Assembly (NCBI GenBank): GCA_012295275.1
Contig: CM022679.1
Location: forward strand, 28,892,001 to 28,956,000
Reading direction: 5' to 3'
Source: Chrysomallon squamiferum
Lineage: Eukaryota > Animalia > Mollusca
DNA: 64,000 nucleotides
Numbering within the stretch: the stretch's first letter is position 1; the number at the start of each line of letters is the position of its first letter. The notes under the pieces are model-generated. The model saw only the letters and a list, made by a program, of their open reading frames with translations, ran no database searches and was not told the origin of the DNA. A program made the translations under genes and the position numbers. Shown here piece by piece: positions 1 to 39,339 of the stretch.

Positions 1-142
1 TTAAATTTATTCTGTACACCTATTTTCGAAATAATGTAGCATGGAACGATGACCAACGTAATCAGTCTGTAATTTATACAAAAACCAGTACGACTGTAGG
101 AGAGGTTGTTTGGAAATTCCATACAACAGTATCATATCGAAT

Positions 143-13365
<13,223 letters not shown>

Positions 13366-14129
13366 TGGGTTTTCTTTCTAGTCGAGGATTCTGTTTCTCT
13401 TCTGTTCTTTAGAGAATCCTGTAACACTGTTGTACACAAGTGTATAATTGTGCAATCTAAACAAATGAATAATGTAGATAGAAGTAAACCAAATTTTAAA
13501 ATGTTTAGAACAGTAATTACTGAATTTAAAATATACAATCACCTGGATCAAATTTTGTATATTCTTTTATTGTCTTTTTTTAATGAAATATTATAAATTA
13601 ATATTAATAAAATAATAATAGTAAGTAGTAAATATTCCAGAATACAAAATGTAAATTGAAATAATTCATTTATATAAATTTTATTTTTATTTTTAAAATT
13701 ATTATTATGTTACAAAACAACAAATTAATTTGAATAATGTTACTGTTCTTAAAATTGAATCAGAAAAAAAACAAAAAACAAGTGATTATTTTAAAATAAT
13801 AATTAAAAAGAAAAGAAAACAAACTTCGTCAATTAAGAATTTACAAAATATTTAATTATAATATATCTGAAAGAATATTTTCACTTAAGTAAAAAAAACA
13901 AAAAAAAAACACTTAAAAACCTGAAGAAACAATAAAAATAGAGATAGGAAGAGCTGTTCCAAGATAAAAGAAAATATGCAAAAAGAGAATTTACAAAATT
14001 CAATCTATTAAAAAGGAGTATTTTTATCTAAAAAGATAAAAATAAACCAAAAAATCCACTGGAATGAATATTTCAAAGCACACAAAAGACAGTTTGACAC
14101 TCAAACTATAATAATTAATTCAGTCTTGT

Positions 14130-14510
14130 ATTCTTGGACACTCAAGATGGAAATATTTCACTTCCTGGATTAAAAATGTTCAAGAAACATTTGAAAGTAG
14201 AACAGTGAAATTGAGAAATTTTAATTCCACAATTTAAAACTACAGAATGAATAATATATCACTGAAAAACTTTAAAATCATAAAAAATGTTTATGATACT
14301 GTTCGAAAAACTTCATTTTCCAGGATTTAAAAATCATACAAAATGTGTATGGTTCTTGCACGTTCTGTTAAAAAACTTCACTTCTGAGATTTAAAACTGT
14401 ACAAGATGTGTATGATTCTTGGAAATTGTGTTTAAAAAAGTGACAAGTCTAGATATAAAATGTTATCTTGGACTCTTGACAAACTTTACTTTCAAGATTT
14501 TTAATCATAC
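14130..14510. repeat. Degenerate ~65-bp tandem repeat downstream of the NudE stop
   Basis: Recurring aaaaacttcactt...gatttaaaa(a)tcatacaaaatgtgtatg(a/g)ttcttg units. Confidence 0.6.
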
Positions 14511-15075
14511 CAGGAACTTGCTTACCTTTCTTCAAAAATAATAGAAAAATGTGAACTCGCTGTGTTGTGCCACATCTATTGTGTTCTGGGTGTCTGCATA
14601 TAAATAATTTTAAAATGTGACAGTTAAAACTTGTGATTTAATCTGTGCTGGTTTTCCAGAATGAAAACCAACAACTATGCAGTAATGAAACTGTTCTGTA
14701 CAAGCCATAGTTTTAACTTGTATATACTGTGTTGTTTTAATGTGAAAAGACTGGCATTTATATTTATTTATTTAATTTTAGGATGAAGAAAAAAAATAAA
14801 TAAATAAAATTTTTATTCCTCTGCAAAAGAAAAATAATTCTGAAAATAATATTTGTGCAGGTATATTCTTATTTCGACAATTCCAGCCTGGGAAAAATAT
14901 TACCAACAAAGACATTTAGGACTGAAATTTATCTTTCTCATAAAGTGGATTACAAAAGGAAATCACTGAAATCATAAAGTAACAGAAATTATATTTATGC
15001 TGTAGTTGTTTTAATTACAGTTTTAGTTTCACAATTAATAATTATGATGCAGAATGTAAAGTCAAAATGTTTTTG

Positions 15076-15136
<61 letters not shown>

Positions 15137-16701
15137 GTTTGTTTTTTTTTTTATTTTATTTTATTAAACAAATACAACAGAAAAAAGAAACAAAGAGGAT
15201 TACATTAAGAGAAATGGAAATAGTTTGATTTAAACTGAAATGTATTTTAAAAACAATTTTAGTTACAACTGGTACAAATAGAAATTCATGTTGTCAATTT
15301 TTTACTTACGTGTTTTCAGATAAGAAATTTATTAAAAAAAAAAAAAACTTTATTTTAATTGCAATCACAGTGACCACAAGAAACATGAAATTGGGTGCTA
15401 CACTGTATTATAGTTTCTTTTCCTTTTTTCAAAAATATTTGTATATTTCAGTAAACCATCGAAGAAATCAGTGTTGTACAAAGTAAAAATAATTTCTTCT
15501 ATTTATTTTTTTAAATACTCTAAAATGTATTGTTATTATAAAGTGGTTTTATCAATTATGTGCAATCAACATATTTAATAATGAACTTCTTCATTTCTTG
15601 GAAGCACTAATAATGTAAATATATCTTTAATTTGAAATGTTTATATGCCTACTTACAATTAATTATACCTTATAATCCTGTAAATATCAGTTACTTTAAA
15701 ATTTAGAGATACACATCCACAACATTAAACATTATTTGAGTTCAGTATTTTTAAAGAATGGTTTTTGTTGAAAATGGTGTCTGGAAGATCTAAACAAAAT
15801 CACTTGCCTCCAACTTTTTTGTTTAATGATATAATAATTTGGTAAGAGACAATAAATTAATTAAAAAAATAAAGATATATATATATATATATTCATATTA
15901 TTATTATTTTTATTATTTGTAGTTTATTTCCTTTGACAAGTTCTGATTTACTTCAATAAATAAATAAAGCAATAATGAAAATCTGTTAAATAGTCAACAA
16001 AAGAAATTATAATTAAAAATTATCAGAAATACCATATATATATTTATATATGGGGTTTTGGGGTGGTTTTTTTGGTGGACTGTTTTCATAAACTTTTATT
16101 TTTAAGCAAATATTCAAAGACAAAAATAGAAGAAATTTACAAATTCAGAATTATTTACTGAAATCAAAAATATCGCTGTGAATGCTTTTGTTTTTGAAAA
16201 TAGATATATGGCTGAATATTTGAAACATTTTAGCCATTTGTAAATAGAAAAAAAAAGCTTATGTTAAGTGTATTACTACACTATAACTGTTATTAATAGT
16301 TTTTATAATCGCCTAGCACAATATACAAATGTACATGTGTATTATAAACTTATTTTTAATTAATTCTAGCCAATATCCACACACTAGTTGATGATGATGA
16401 TGTAATAGTTTACAACACAGAACATAAACATGTATATTCTTATCCTTTTTACTTCAGTTTAGTTATTACATTTTTAATTTGTTGTTTTGTTGTGTTTCAC
16501 CATTTTGGGAAATCCATGTTTTCAGTTTGCTCATGTAATTCATTCCGGTGTTACTGTTTAACTGTTAACCAGTTTGTGGAGAGGATAGCAACTATTACTG
16601 CATTTTAAAAATTTAAAAACTAGTGATCAAATAATTGTTGGAAAGGATTAACTTTTTCCATCCTTTATTTGTCTTCCACCTTCCTTTTCACTCTGTCACA
16701 T

Positions 16702-16705
<4 letters not shown>

Positions 16706-16744
<39 letters not shown>
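16706..16744. repeat. (CA)n microsatellite
   Basis: Seen directly. Other (CA)n tracts lie at 19061-19090, 22379-22402, 48904-48946 and 53035-53070, and a (TG)n tract at 52855-52896. Confidence 0.95.
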
Positions 16745-16748
<4 letters not shown>

Positions 16749-17307
16749 AAAAACACAGAAATAAAAGTTTGATATAAGCTGCAAGTAGGAGATAAATTAT
16801 CAAACATTTTAGAATGCAGAGTTTATCAGAAACTGAAAATAGTGGGGGTTTTATTTTTTGTTTTTTATTATTATTATTAATTTTTTTTAATTATTTCTAC
16901 CTAAGATTGTCTTTAATTAACCTATTAATAATATTAATTGGTTTTAAATAGTTAGTGTTTATAGCCTGTATGGATAGATTTAAGTCATAATAGTGACAGT
17001 TCATATTCTGCTATAAAGGGAGAAGAATTACAGGTTACAAAGAAGCAAAAGCAAGGAAATAAAAATAAAATAAATAAATAATAAAATCTGTAACTGTAGA
17101 TTCTGAATCGGAAATTAACTTTTGTTTATTAACAAAACAATTTTTGTAGTTATTAAATTTTCTTTGCTCACTTTTACTTTTCTCACATTATTTACTTCTT
17201 CATTTTGTCCTTACCACACATGTCTTCACTGTCCTTGTATATAACTTAGAAACTTTTCTACATGCTTTCTAATATTATTATTTTTATTCTATTTTTTATC
17301 CATTTTT

Positions 17308-17339
<32 letters not shown>

Positions 17340-19058
17340 ATATTCATTAATCTTTCTTCTTTTCTTTAATTTATTTTATACTGTAGGATAATATACAACT
17401 AATATATCAGTGTGGTTGTGGTAGCTGTTAATTAATTTTAAATACTCACGATTTACTCGAAAGGTTTTGAGTTAACATCCACCTTCACTGGGGATGGTCA
17501 CTGATCCTTTTTACTGTAACGCACACTTGAACATGTGGGTAATCATCATTTTTCTCTGACACAGGGGTCATTTAATGCTTAGAAAAGTTTTATGCTAAGA
17601 TTCTGTTAAACCAGAAGTGTCATTTGACATTTTATAACTGCCAGGTGGTTAAATTGTGTTGAATTTTAGCATGAAACAGATCAAACTACGTTTTCATATT
17701 CCCTATTCTAAATATGTATGAATTTTTTTTAACTGAGTATGTATGTATGAGTCTACTATCCCAAAAGAAAATCAAATTCTCATCACTTATTAATTTTTTT
17801 TAATTTTTATATATATTTTTGGACTGACTAATGCATAAAGTAAATGATTGATAGATTTCGTGACTGTAGAATTCTGTTCACATTTACAGAAAAAATTAAA
17901 TACACCTGAAGCTGTTGATATTTCAAAATTAGATTTTATGTAACTACTAGTGCCCACTATTTCAGTAAAAATAGGCAAATAGATTTGATTTAATTATATA
18001 TCTGTTGTAAAAGGGAATGTTTTTATGACTTACATTCAAACAGTGAATTTTATAGAAAGTATATTGATGTTAGTGAAGAAAAACAAAACAATGTTTCTAG
18101 AGTAGAGTGTGATATTAAAAAAACAAAACAATGAAGACATTAGTATTCCAGATCTTCAGAATTTTACTTATTCCTTGATCATTTGCTTACAATAAAAATA
18201 AAAACACAGGACAAATAAAATCTGTAACAGACTTGTTTAAAATTGCTTTTTAAAAGTTTTTCTCAACTGAATTAAATACCATATTTATTCAACATAATTT
18301 TTGGGCTGCATTTTTTCCATGAAAATATTTCACTCTGAAGGAGTTTGCAAATGTAACAATGTGCTTTAGCTGAATATTTCATATTTAATAAACAGAATTA
18401 AGTTTTCAAAGCTTTAATTCATCTATTTTTTTTTATATTTTTTTTTTTAATTAATATTTTCCAGTATGACTATGATGTTCGCATTATATCTATTGATATG
18501 TAAGTAGTATACGTATATGCATGTACATATTTATAACAGTAATACACATTTCTATGTATGTATGCAATATATGTCTAGCATACACACACATGTATGTATG
18601 TATGTATATAAATAAAAGGCAGAGGGAAGTGCAAAACCAATTCTCAGGAGCAGATGCAGAATTTCAGAAATGGGGCAGGGTAATTACTAAAGTACATGAT
18701 AAATTTATTAACAGATCTATCTTTTCTTGCCAGAATTAACATGTAATAATAATAATAATTAATATTAATGTTTTATCAATTTACATTATTATTTTCCACC
18801 CAAATATTTCATCATTAAATTGATCTGGATGCAAACTTAAGATGTTTTAAGAATTATTATAACAATAACCTACAGAAACTGTATCGGAAATAATTTTGAA
18901 CTGTAATAGAACTGCTACTGGGATTATTTTCTAAACTGATTTTCTAAACTTGTGTGCTTATTGCTGTGCCTTTGTTCTGTTGACCACAATGTCCAGGGTT
19001 TAATGTGCATTTATTGTTAAAATAAAATATGTGACCACATTTATTTTGTATCCTTCCC

Positions 19059-19093
<35 letters not shown>

Positions 19094-19453
19094 ACAGACA
19101 TACTAACACATACACACAATTACATATTAAATACTAATAATATATTTTTATTTTTTGTTTACTAATCTATTGTTATTCTTTATTCAGATTTGTAGGATTT
19201 GGATTAATCTCCATAATATTGCGACCAAATTATTGTAATACGAAGCCTTGGTGTAGTAATGATGATAATAACAACAGTAAAACACAGCCAGGTCAGTGGC
19301 CTGTTTTAAAGTGTATTTTTTTTTTTAAAAGACGTTTTATTCCCACGTGACATTTTATTACTAAAGATTGTTTTCACACACAGATGATGATAGTGTGATG
19401 GGTGACATGGTGATGGTTTGTATATACTGTAACACCATGATCACTGTTGTGAC

Positions 19454-19496
19454 AATAAAACCATTTCTCTACACTTTGTGTTTGTTATCTTTGTCT
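19454..19496 (+). terminator. Candidate distal polyadenylation signal of the NudE gene (AATAAA plus GU/U-rich downstream element)
   Basis: AATAAA at 19454-19459 is followed ~15-40 nt later by ctttgtgtttgttatctttgtc. It lies ~0.7 kb before the MOSMO start. AATAAA is common in this DNA, so support is modest. Confidence 0.35.
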
Positions 19497-20177
19497 CAGT
19501 CACAATTATTATTATTATTTTGATTATTGTAATTATTATTTTATTATTGTTATTTTATTATAATTATAATAATAATAATTATGATTATTATGTAGATGCT
19601 TAAAGAATAAATTGTCTTCTGATAAAGGCGAAAATATGCAGATCATGCTTAACTGATAGAGGAGTTTTACATTCTAAAAACTCATTTATTGAAGCATTAA
19701 AACGCTTTAGTAATTAAGAAAATGAAACAAATGAAAACTGAATAATGCAAAAACCAGTTCTAAAGTTCTTCTCCTCCCCCCTCCATAAATTTATTACTGT
19801 CAAAGTCTATACAAGGAATATACACATTTTCAAAACAAAGTGTTGGCTTAATATTCCAAACTGTCGCATCATAATTTGATATTAAATATGTAGTTGTAAT
19901 TTTGTTTTGGTTAAGGATGTTCCGATAATCTTTGGAAGTTCTCTCCCCTTAAATGTTTGGATAGGTGGCTCTTTTTCCATCATGGTTGACACTTTAGTAA
20001 TGACAGCTTTAGTATTTGTATTTGTTGTGAAAAAACCATACATCTGATTGCATTAAAGAATGTATACAAGGAGCAGATAATTGCTTGCATCTGCGGTTGC
20101 TTGCATTTTGGTAACATAAATTGAGATTCGTCAATTTCCTGCAACTTAGAAAGACATCATTAACAAGTTACAAAACA

Positions 20178-21771
20178 ATGGATAAACTGAGCATCATTTC
20201 AGGGGCATTGTTTTTTGCGGCTGACATATTTGCTGTGACAAGTTTGGCCATGCCAAACTGGATTGTATCCGAGATAGGAGGTAAAACATATGTTATTATA
20301 ATAAGCGTAAAATTTAACGTTTGAAAACCCCCAGGCACTTTTAATCACAGTTCTAAGTGATCGTGATCAATATCAATATCATATGAATTTTATCAATATT
20401 ATTCATTTTGTAAACTATCTCGCTGTTAATGTGTGCAATTATGACCAATGTGACTAAACCAATTAGTTCTTCTGTACTTTTTTGTTCTGATAAAACAAAT
20501 TAATATTTGTATTTTATATAATATATCGATAGAAGTAATATACACAAACTGGAAGTCGTAGGTACTTATATATATATATATATATATATATTTAAGTAAT
20601 TTTAGTGCCTTTATTTCTTATAAATAATAATAATAATAATAAAATAACGTTTTAAATGTAAAATAGGAACTTCTTGAAATATCAGTGAATTAAATAAATA
20701 TTTATTACAATATTTTAATTTTATTGTTACGTTTTTGTTTTATTTTTATATATATATATATTTTTTTAACATGAAAATGAGGTTTTCACTTTTTCTTTGG
20801 TAATCAATTGCATTTATTTTATGATATCAGATTTTAATTTTAACATTTTATTACACTATTTTAAAAATAATTTGAAACGCATTCAGATTTTTAAATATTT
20901 TTATTTTAGGGGATACTTACATCGGGTTGTTGCAGACTTGTTTGACTATTTACGGTCGCCCCACTATATGTTTCACTCCTGAACCAGTTCGAGGTGAATG
21001 GTTACTGACTTTTATTTGTGTGGTGCTGGGAATTCTCTGTATCAGCATCACAATAATTCTCCTAGGCATGTCGTACTGGGAGTACCGAGTCATGAAATTT
21101 GCTCGCTGGCTGGGCTTTGTTGCAAGTATGTACTTACTATTTTTAAATTAAATTTGGTTTATTTATTATGAGGGTTTATATTAGTAGCAAGACTCCTTAA
21201 TATCTTTTTGTTTTTGTGTGACATCTAAGAAGAGATTTGTTTAAAGGTATTTTAAATACTTCTTATTGATAAAATCTTGGGCTTGAACTTAGTACTAAAC
21301 AACTTAGAGGTAATTTTACATTATTTAGATTATAGATATAGTAATTGGTAAAAAGATTTTTTTTTTTTTTTGGGGGGGGGGCATAATCTTGTTAAACAGA
21401 AAGATATGGTAAATAAATTGGAATTAGAAATGAGCTGTTTAATTACTGTTAGTAGAGTTGAACATTTTCTTTTAATACCAGTACTGCAAGAAAATTGTGT
21501 GTGTATGTATATTTATAGATATATAGATATGTTCGTATGTTTATTCTATCTGAAACAGCTAGATAATGTTTACTCATTTTCAGTGATCTTGTTCTGTTTG
21601 GCTGCTGTGATTTTTCCTATTGGGTTTGACATGGACCAGATCGGAGGAGAAGCCTACCAGCTACCAAACAACTTCCGAGTTGGAATCTCTTACATCTTTT
21701 TTGTTCTTGCCCTGTGGATAACTGTCGTGTCGCAGCTGTTTGCCAGTAAAGTGTGTTTACCTCATTTTTGA
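20178..21771 (+). CDS. MOSMO: Modulator of Smoothened (MOSMO/C16orf52/Atthog), tetraspan membrane protein, 3 exons, 168 aa
   Basis: Exons 20178-20280, 20910-21125, 21584-21771 (507 nt, both introns phase 1, GT-AG). Translation MDKLSIISGALFFAADIFAVTSLAMPNWIVS...ILFCLAAVIFPIGF..IGGEAYQLPNNFRVGISYIFFVLALWITVVSQLFASKVCLPHF matches the MOSMO family N- and C-termini and has four hydrophobic segments. Confidence 0.93.
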
Positions 21772-24210
21772 TGGTGTCAGTAACTCGTAGATGGAATGCC
21801 AGTAATTTCTGTAGGATACTCAGGACAGCGGTTCAGTTCCAGATGGAACCAGCACTGATAAAATGGACAGAATTTAGAGACAAATATTATTCTTAGTCGA
21901 CTGTCTCACCTTTGACTTGACAAACAAACACTAAGAGAAAACTGTTAATAAGGCCAAGGTTGGATTTCAGTTACATAATGTGAACTATTATTTATTATCC
22001 GAAGCGATCAGGAAATTGGAACTAAATTGTGGAATTATGTTTCTTGGATTTTTACAAAAGCTGTAATCAAAACAGGCTCAGGCTGAAGAAATGAAGAAAC
22101 ATTGGACAGTTTTTGAAACCTGCTAAAAATGGACAGTTTTTAATATTACGTAGAAAATCATCTTAGTACTGTCATTTTACTCATCATCCATACACAAACT
22201 GGAAGTGGATTCAGACTCAGGATGCAGTTTTTAGAAAACTGGATGAGACGACAAAGAGAGTTATGCCTTGATGATGTCTGTGATCATTGTATATATTCAT
22301 CATGAAAACTAGTGTTCATTTATTAGTGTGCTACGTTTCCTTTTTATACAGTAGTACATGATTACTGACATGCACGTGCACACACACACACACACACACA
22401 CATTCCTTGGTGGGGAATTTTTATCTTAGTCTGAAGCGTGCCAAATTTTCTTTTTTTTTTTTTTTTAAATAGGGGAAATATCTCTTTAAAAAAAAATTGG
22501 AAACAAAATAATGTAGTTTTACAAAGTTAAAATTTTATCTAAATTTACATTTTCTGACTTGTATATGTATATATATATATATATATATACACATATATGT
22601 ATTTATTTTTCTCTCGAGGAAAGCCAATTTATACATGATTTTTTTTTTTATTATATTATTTTTTTTTTTCAGCAGGATCGATGAAATTAATATAATATTT
22701 TCTTGGCAATTATTTATATATAGCCATAACCTCATGTTTTTGATATTTTACATCACTGCTGCAATTTCTTCATTTTTCTAAGGCCATGATTATTTATTAT
22801 ATTGTGCAGATTGCAAGCATACAAATATAATTTGTTAACTAAATTGATATATTTAACCTTTCTAATATTGGTAATTATGTCCTTTTAAAAAAGTAAAGTT
22901 ATTAAATTTTATCATTTTGCATGTACCGTAATTATTTTAACAAATTTCAACGAAGTTTTATTTATTTTTTTGTAGAAAATCAGAAAATGAAATAACTTAA
23001 GAACCTACTGTTTAACAAATCATTTTACAAACTGTTTTTGTAATAAATGTATCAACTTGTATTTGTACAATATACATGTGTTATTAAATTTTTACTTAGA
23101 AGTATTTGTGGAGACCTTCTTAATAGCAAGTTCAGGAAAGTAAAATTTCAGTAATTCAGTTCTAAAATGTTTATCTGCAGTATTTAAAATATTACTACTA
23201 ATAACTTTAAAAACAACAAAACCATCTATATAAAATTTTATTCACATCACTTAAGTGTTGGACACATTTTAAAAATGATACTTTTGAAAAAACTGTTAAA
23301 ATACTATTCTTAAACAAGCATTCCGAATTTAAAAATAAATAAAATTTCAATCTTGCACTCGTTAAAACTGTCTAGAATTAGCTGTTTTTATCACTTGACA
23401 TTCATATAAACACACTTCTCACATCAAACTGATTACCTAGGTGATTTTAATTTCAATCACAGTGCAAACTGTATATGACAGTAATTGTATCTAGCACTCG
23501 TGTATTTTGCACTTGGTTTTAATGTTGACCCGTTTGTTAACATTATGTCATGGACAAGATTAATAATACTCAAAGGCATATATTTTTTAAATAAAAAAAA
23601 TAATAATTTATATATTCATTTTTTTTTTTCATGATTTTATTTTATTTTTTTTTTTTTTTTTAAATTTTTGTTCATAGTATAAAAGAATAGGGGGGATGAA
23701 AAAAATAAATTTAAATTAAAAAATTATAATTAAACCAAATCTAACAACATACAAAATAAAGCAATTTTAAAGAATATCTGCTGCTATTTTTCAGTGTGAC
23801 CATACTGGCATGTTTTGCTATCCACCCTATGAAGAGAGTAAGTATTACGACCGGGATATTTTTTTCATGGAAGATAATTATTTTACCTAAAAAGAAGAAG
23901 AAAAAAAAAAAAAGCTAAAAGAGAGATTCTCAAATAACTTTCAATTCTACGAAACTCTCGAAAACGTCTTGAGATGAATACTCCTCACGTATGTACAATT
24001 TACAAAGATAAGACCTATTACATAATTTTCATGAGGAGTAAAAATATTTCAAATAATAAATTAGTAACAAATTTTGTCATTATCTACAATATATTAGCTT
24101 AGAAATCAGATCTAGAAACAGATATCAAACTATTTACAACCTAACAAGAACCTTTGTATTTCTAGAATTGCTTTACAAAATAAAAAAATTTTTAAAAATT
24201 AAATGAAACA

Positions 24211-24248
<38 letters not shown>

Positions 24249-25764
24249 AAAATTATTTTAAATGCCTTTTCTCTATGTGGTATATGAGGTCAATGAAAAT
24301 TAGTAACAATATTCTGAGGGAATCTAAAAATCTGGATTATAATATTTACAAGAAATTCATTTTAAAAAAAAGGAGAAAAAAGAATGATGACAGAATAACA
24401 GTGTTATTAATATAGTAATAGTAGTAGTATCAATATTTTGTTTTAGTTACCCAGGCCTGTATAAATAAATGTCACTGGATAAAATTGCAACAAAGCTCAC
24501 ATATAATCAAGAGGTGACATTTCAGTTATTAGTCAGTCATTATTATGCACTGCTTACTCAGCTAATTAACAATCTGAAAAAAAAAAAAATGAAATAATTG
24601 CTTGTAATCTTATAATATCATGTTCAATTCTGTGCCCTACGAAATCACTTAGTGATTTTTTTTTTTTTTTTTACGAAATCTGACTATGGCTTCTCCTGTG
24701 AAAGATAAAAAAAAAAGTGCTTCAAAACCCTGATTAAATAAAGAAAAGTTCACACAATAAATACTCTGTCTGCAGCACACTTATTCAAAAATCTAGTAAA
24801 CTAAAACCATGTATCGGCTTCAGCTTTGTTTATATAATGATATGAATAATTCTTTGGTTCCACAGTCTGGCTTAAAAGAAGCCATTTAAGTGGTTTTTGT
24901 GTTCAAAGGAGCCCTTTATACTCTGAAAAGCATCCTTACAGAACAATTATTTATGTACATTAATACTACCGACTTCTTTTTAACCGTCAAGTTACCAACT
25001 TCAGGCAGTTATATAATCTGGTTTGTTGTGTTTCAGCGGCAGTCAGAAACAACCATGTGCGTTTCAATTACTCTAAGTCATATATTTCTTTTTACACACT
25101 AAAAACATTTATTTAAAAAACAAACAACAAAATTGGAAGAAATCCTAACACTCGACGGTTTTGAAAATTAGTATTCGACTTTCTTTCACTTGAAGACCCA
25201 GTGCAAGTATTATGAAATAATTTTTAGCCTTACAAAGCCTGTGACACTGCTTTAAATAATAAATTAAACACATTGTAATATTTGCTTGTAAAAAGTAAAA
25301 ACCGGTTAAAAAACAAGCGACTAGCAGACTCATTTCCCTATTTTTTCACAAAATGGCTGAATTTTGAGGAATTTTAAACTTATTTCAAATACCATTTATA
25401 AAATAATCTTCAGCTCCTTTTGACAAAAGTAAATATATTTTTTGGGTGTTTTGAAAATGAAGTATGGAAGTGGGAGGGAGGGTTAGGGATTTTTTTTTCC
25501 CCCATAATACAATCAGATTATTATAATGATAATAAAAAAGTCTCTAAATGTAACAATCTGATTAAAAAATTACACACAACTGTAACTGCAAAAAGCTACA
25601 GTGACATAATTCTGTGCACTGTTGAAATGTAAAAATAAACATTCTTGAACTACCAGATTTTTTTTTTCCTGTCTACAAACACACAAAAAGAATGCTCAAA
25701 ATCTCTGACTGAAGTGTACAACAAAGATAAAATTTTGATTCAAATAAAACAATCAAACACATCC

Positions 25765-25795
<31 letters not shown>

Positions 25796-25885
25796 TATAT
25801 GTACACTAGATTGAAGCTAAACTGTATAAAATATGGTTAAGTCTATCACAATTTGTTTTTTGTTTTTTCTTCTCTTAAAAAAAAT

Positions 25886-25927
<42 letters not shown>

Positions 25928-26006
25928 AGCAAACATTTTTGTGGTTCATCAACAAAATCTGCACATAATTTAATCACACAACATTCTAAAGTTTCGTGTG
26001 CTGTTT

Positions 26007-37261
<11,255 letters not shown>

Positions 37262-38172
37262 GCTTCGTCCCTGACTAATGACGTCACAGCTCTGCAATTC
37301 AACCTCTGAGAAACAAAAGATCTAAACAAGAGCATGTAACTCTAAATTCAAGTCATTCGAAGGTTACCTGTTAAAATAATTATCTGCGTGTTGGTTTTTT
37401 TAACAAATAAATTATAACAATAACTGTAAACAAAGTGGAGTTAAAAGTTATTTGTAAAACAATAATACACATAACAATATTTTTTATATTACCATGTTTG
37501 AGAATTTTGATATGTTTTATTATAAAACCAGTCTGTACTAAAGTTTGAAATAAATACAGAATTAAGTATTTTTACTACACACGTGGAAAAAAATACGATC
37601 ATATTTATTTATTTATATTTATTTATTTATTTATTTTATTATTATTATTATTATTATATATATATTTATATTTATTTATTTATTTATTTATTTATTTATT
37701 ATTATTATTATTATGTTTTTTTATGTTGTTTTTTTGTATGTTGATATATCACAAATAGGAATTTGTATTTAAATAACACTTAAGTCTTAAATTTTATCTA
37801 ATAGGACAGACAAAAACATGAAATGTTAAAATCAAAGAACATTTTAAAATGTCCTTTGATGACAAATTATTTTTATTTGTTATAGAATTTAAACCTTAGT
37901 GAAATACTGCAAAAAAACAAACAAATTTAATTAAATCGGTTTAATAATGGTATAAATTTACTGAAGATAATTTGTGTCTTCAGCATACTCAGAATATTGG
38001 CGCCCTTAAAGGGAAGTAATTAATTTGTGTACTTTTCAAACAGGAAGTCAAAAACACCTTAACCTTCGACCTGTCAGTCAAAGGAAAAACATACAAATCG
38101 TTTGCTTTGCAATTGATTATTTCGGAACACCTTTTGACAACGTTATGACCGTTTAGAAATATAGTTTTAATT
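37262..38172. promoter_or_regulatory. Putative bidirectional promoter between ACO2 and the BAIAP2-like gene
   Basis: Divergent start codons lie ~0.9 kb apart. The interval holds a perfect CRE TGACGTCA (37279-37286), an E-box CACGTG (37580-37585), ATTGG (37996-38000) and an ETS-like CAGGAAGT (38041-38048). Confidence 0.55.
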
Positions 38173-39302
38173 ATGTGGAACACAGAGGAAACTTATAAAC
38201 TCACTGAGTCAATTTACAGGGTAAGTTATTATATATTTGCGAATAAATCTTATTAATTCGTGAGGACACGCCTTAATTCGTAATCAAGGAAGAAACAAGT
38301 GTATTTTCAAGTTCCCTGTATGACATTGCATATGGTTCCAGTGAACTCACATATATTTACATACCTTGACATTTTTACAGAAAGAAATCACATAAAACGA
38401 TGTGAAAATGTTGAAATTTGACAATCAAACTCGACGTATATTTACATAATTGATCGATGCATCACTTTTTTAATTCTTGAAGTTGAATGTCATACATTTA
38501 TACTAATTAATCCTTGATGAAACTCTTCACAAATATAATTATTAATCTGAAACAATTTTCTTTAAGTTTTCACTGTTACAAATAATGTAACTTTGTTAGG
38601 ACACTTTCTGAAATGGTCCAGAATGTATCCGTATTTTTCATTATTATTTTTCGTTTTAGTGACACCTTGAAGAATTTGATTAGGTTACTTTCAGTGACTA
38701 CTGGATGTAACATCTTTCAATTCTACTATTTAATGCAGAGCTAACGTCTTAAAATATAATATCTGTGGATAGTTTGATTAGAAAATGTTTTATAAGATCA
38801 GAAATTTACTAATATTTGATCAGTTACATCAGTCACAACATCCTCCCACCCTCCACCCCTCAAACAAATATGATTAAGATAAAAAAAAAATAATAATAAC
38901 AAAACAACAAAATAAACATATATTTAAAAAAAAAAAAAAAAAATACAAAAAAAAAAAAAAAAAAAATAAAATGACAACCCCCCCCCAAAAAAAAAAAACC
39001 CCATGAAAACCAGAGAAACAAACACATAGGTTGTTTAGGTTCATTAAACGTGAATAATGCAAAATTAGAAAAAATGTGATATTAAAAATACATTCATGTA
39101 ATAATTCTTGTAATAATTAAGGATTAAAATGACTGGATTTTTCTTTCTGAAGTAGTGAGACTTGAATTACAAGAACATGAAAAAAACAACCCAAAATTAA
39201 AAGTTTGCCTTGAGGTTATGTCTCTTCATTAATTCACTTCAAATGAGAATTGTTCTTTTTTATATACATTTACAAATATCTATATATATCTATATCTATA
39301 TA

Positions 39303-39339
<37 letters not shown>

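Noticed and set aside
17450-17513. Minus-strand exon-like segment with AG and GTGAGT boundaries
   Set aside because: All three frames contain stops, and no partner exons were found.
19401-19445. SECIS element
   Set aside because: It has UGA/GA-like ends but no apical AA, and neither flanking + strand gene has an internal in-frame UGA.
37262-37350. Iron-responsive element in the ACO2 5'UTR, as in vertebrates
   Set aside because: A CAGAGC hexamer is present on the minus strand, but the flanks form no 5-bp upper stem with a C bulge.
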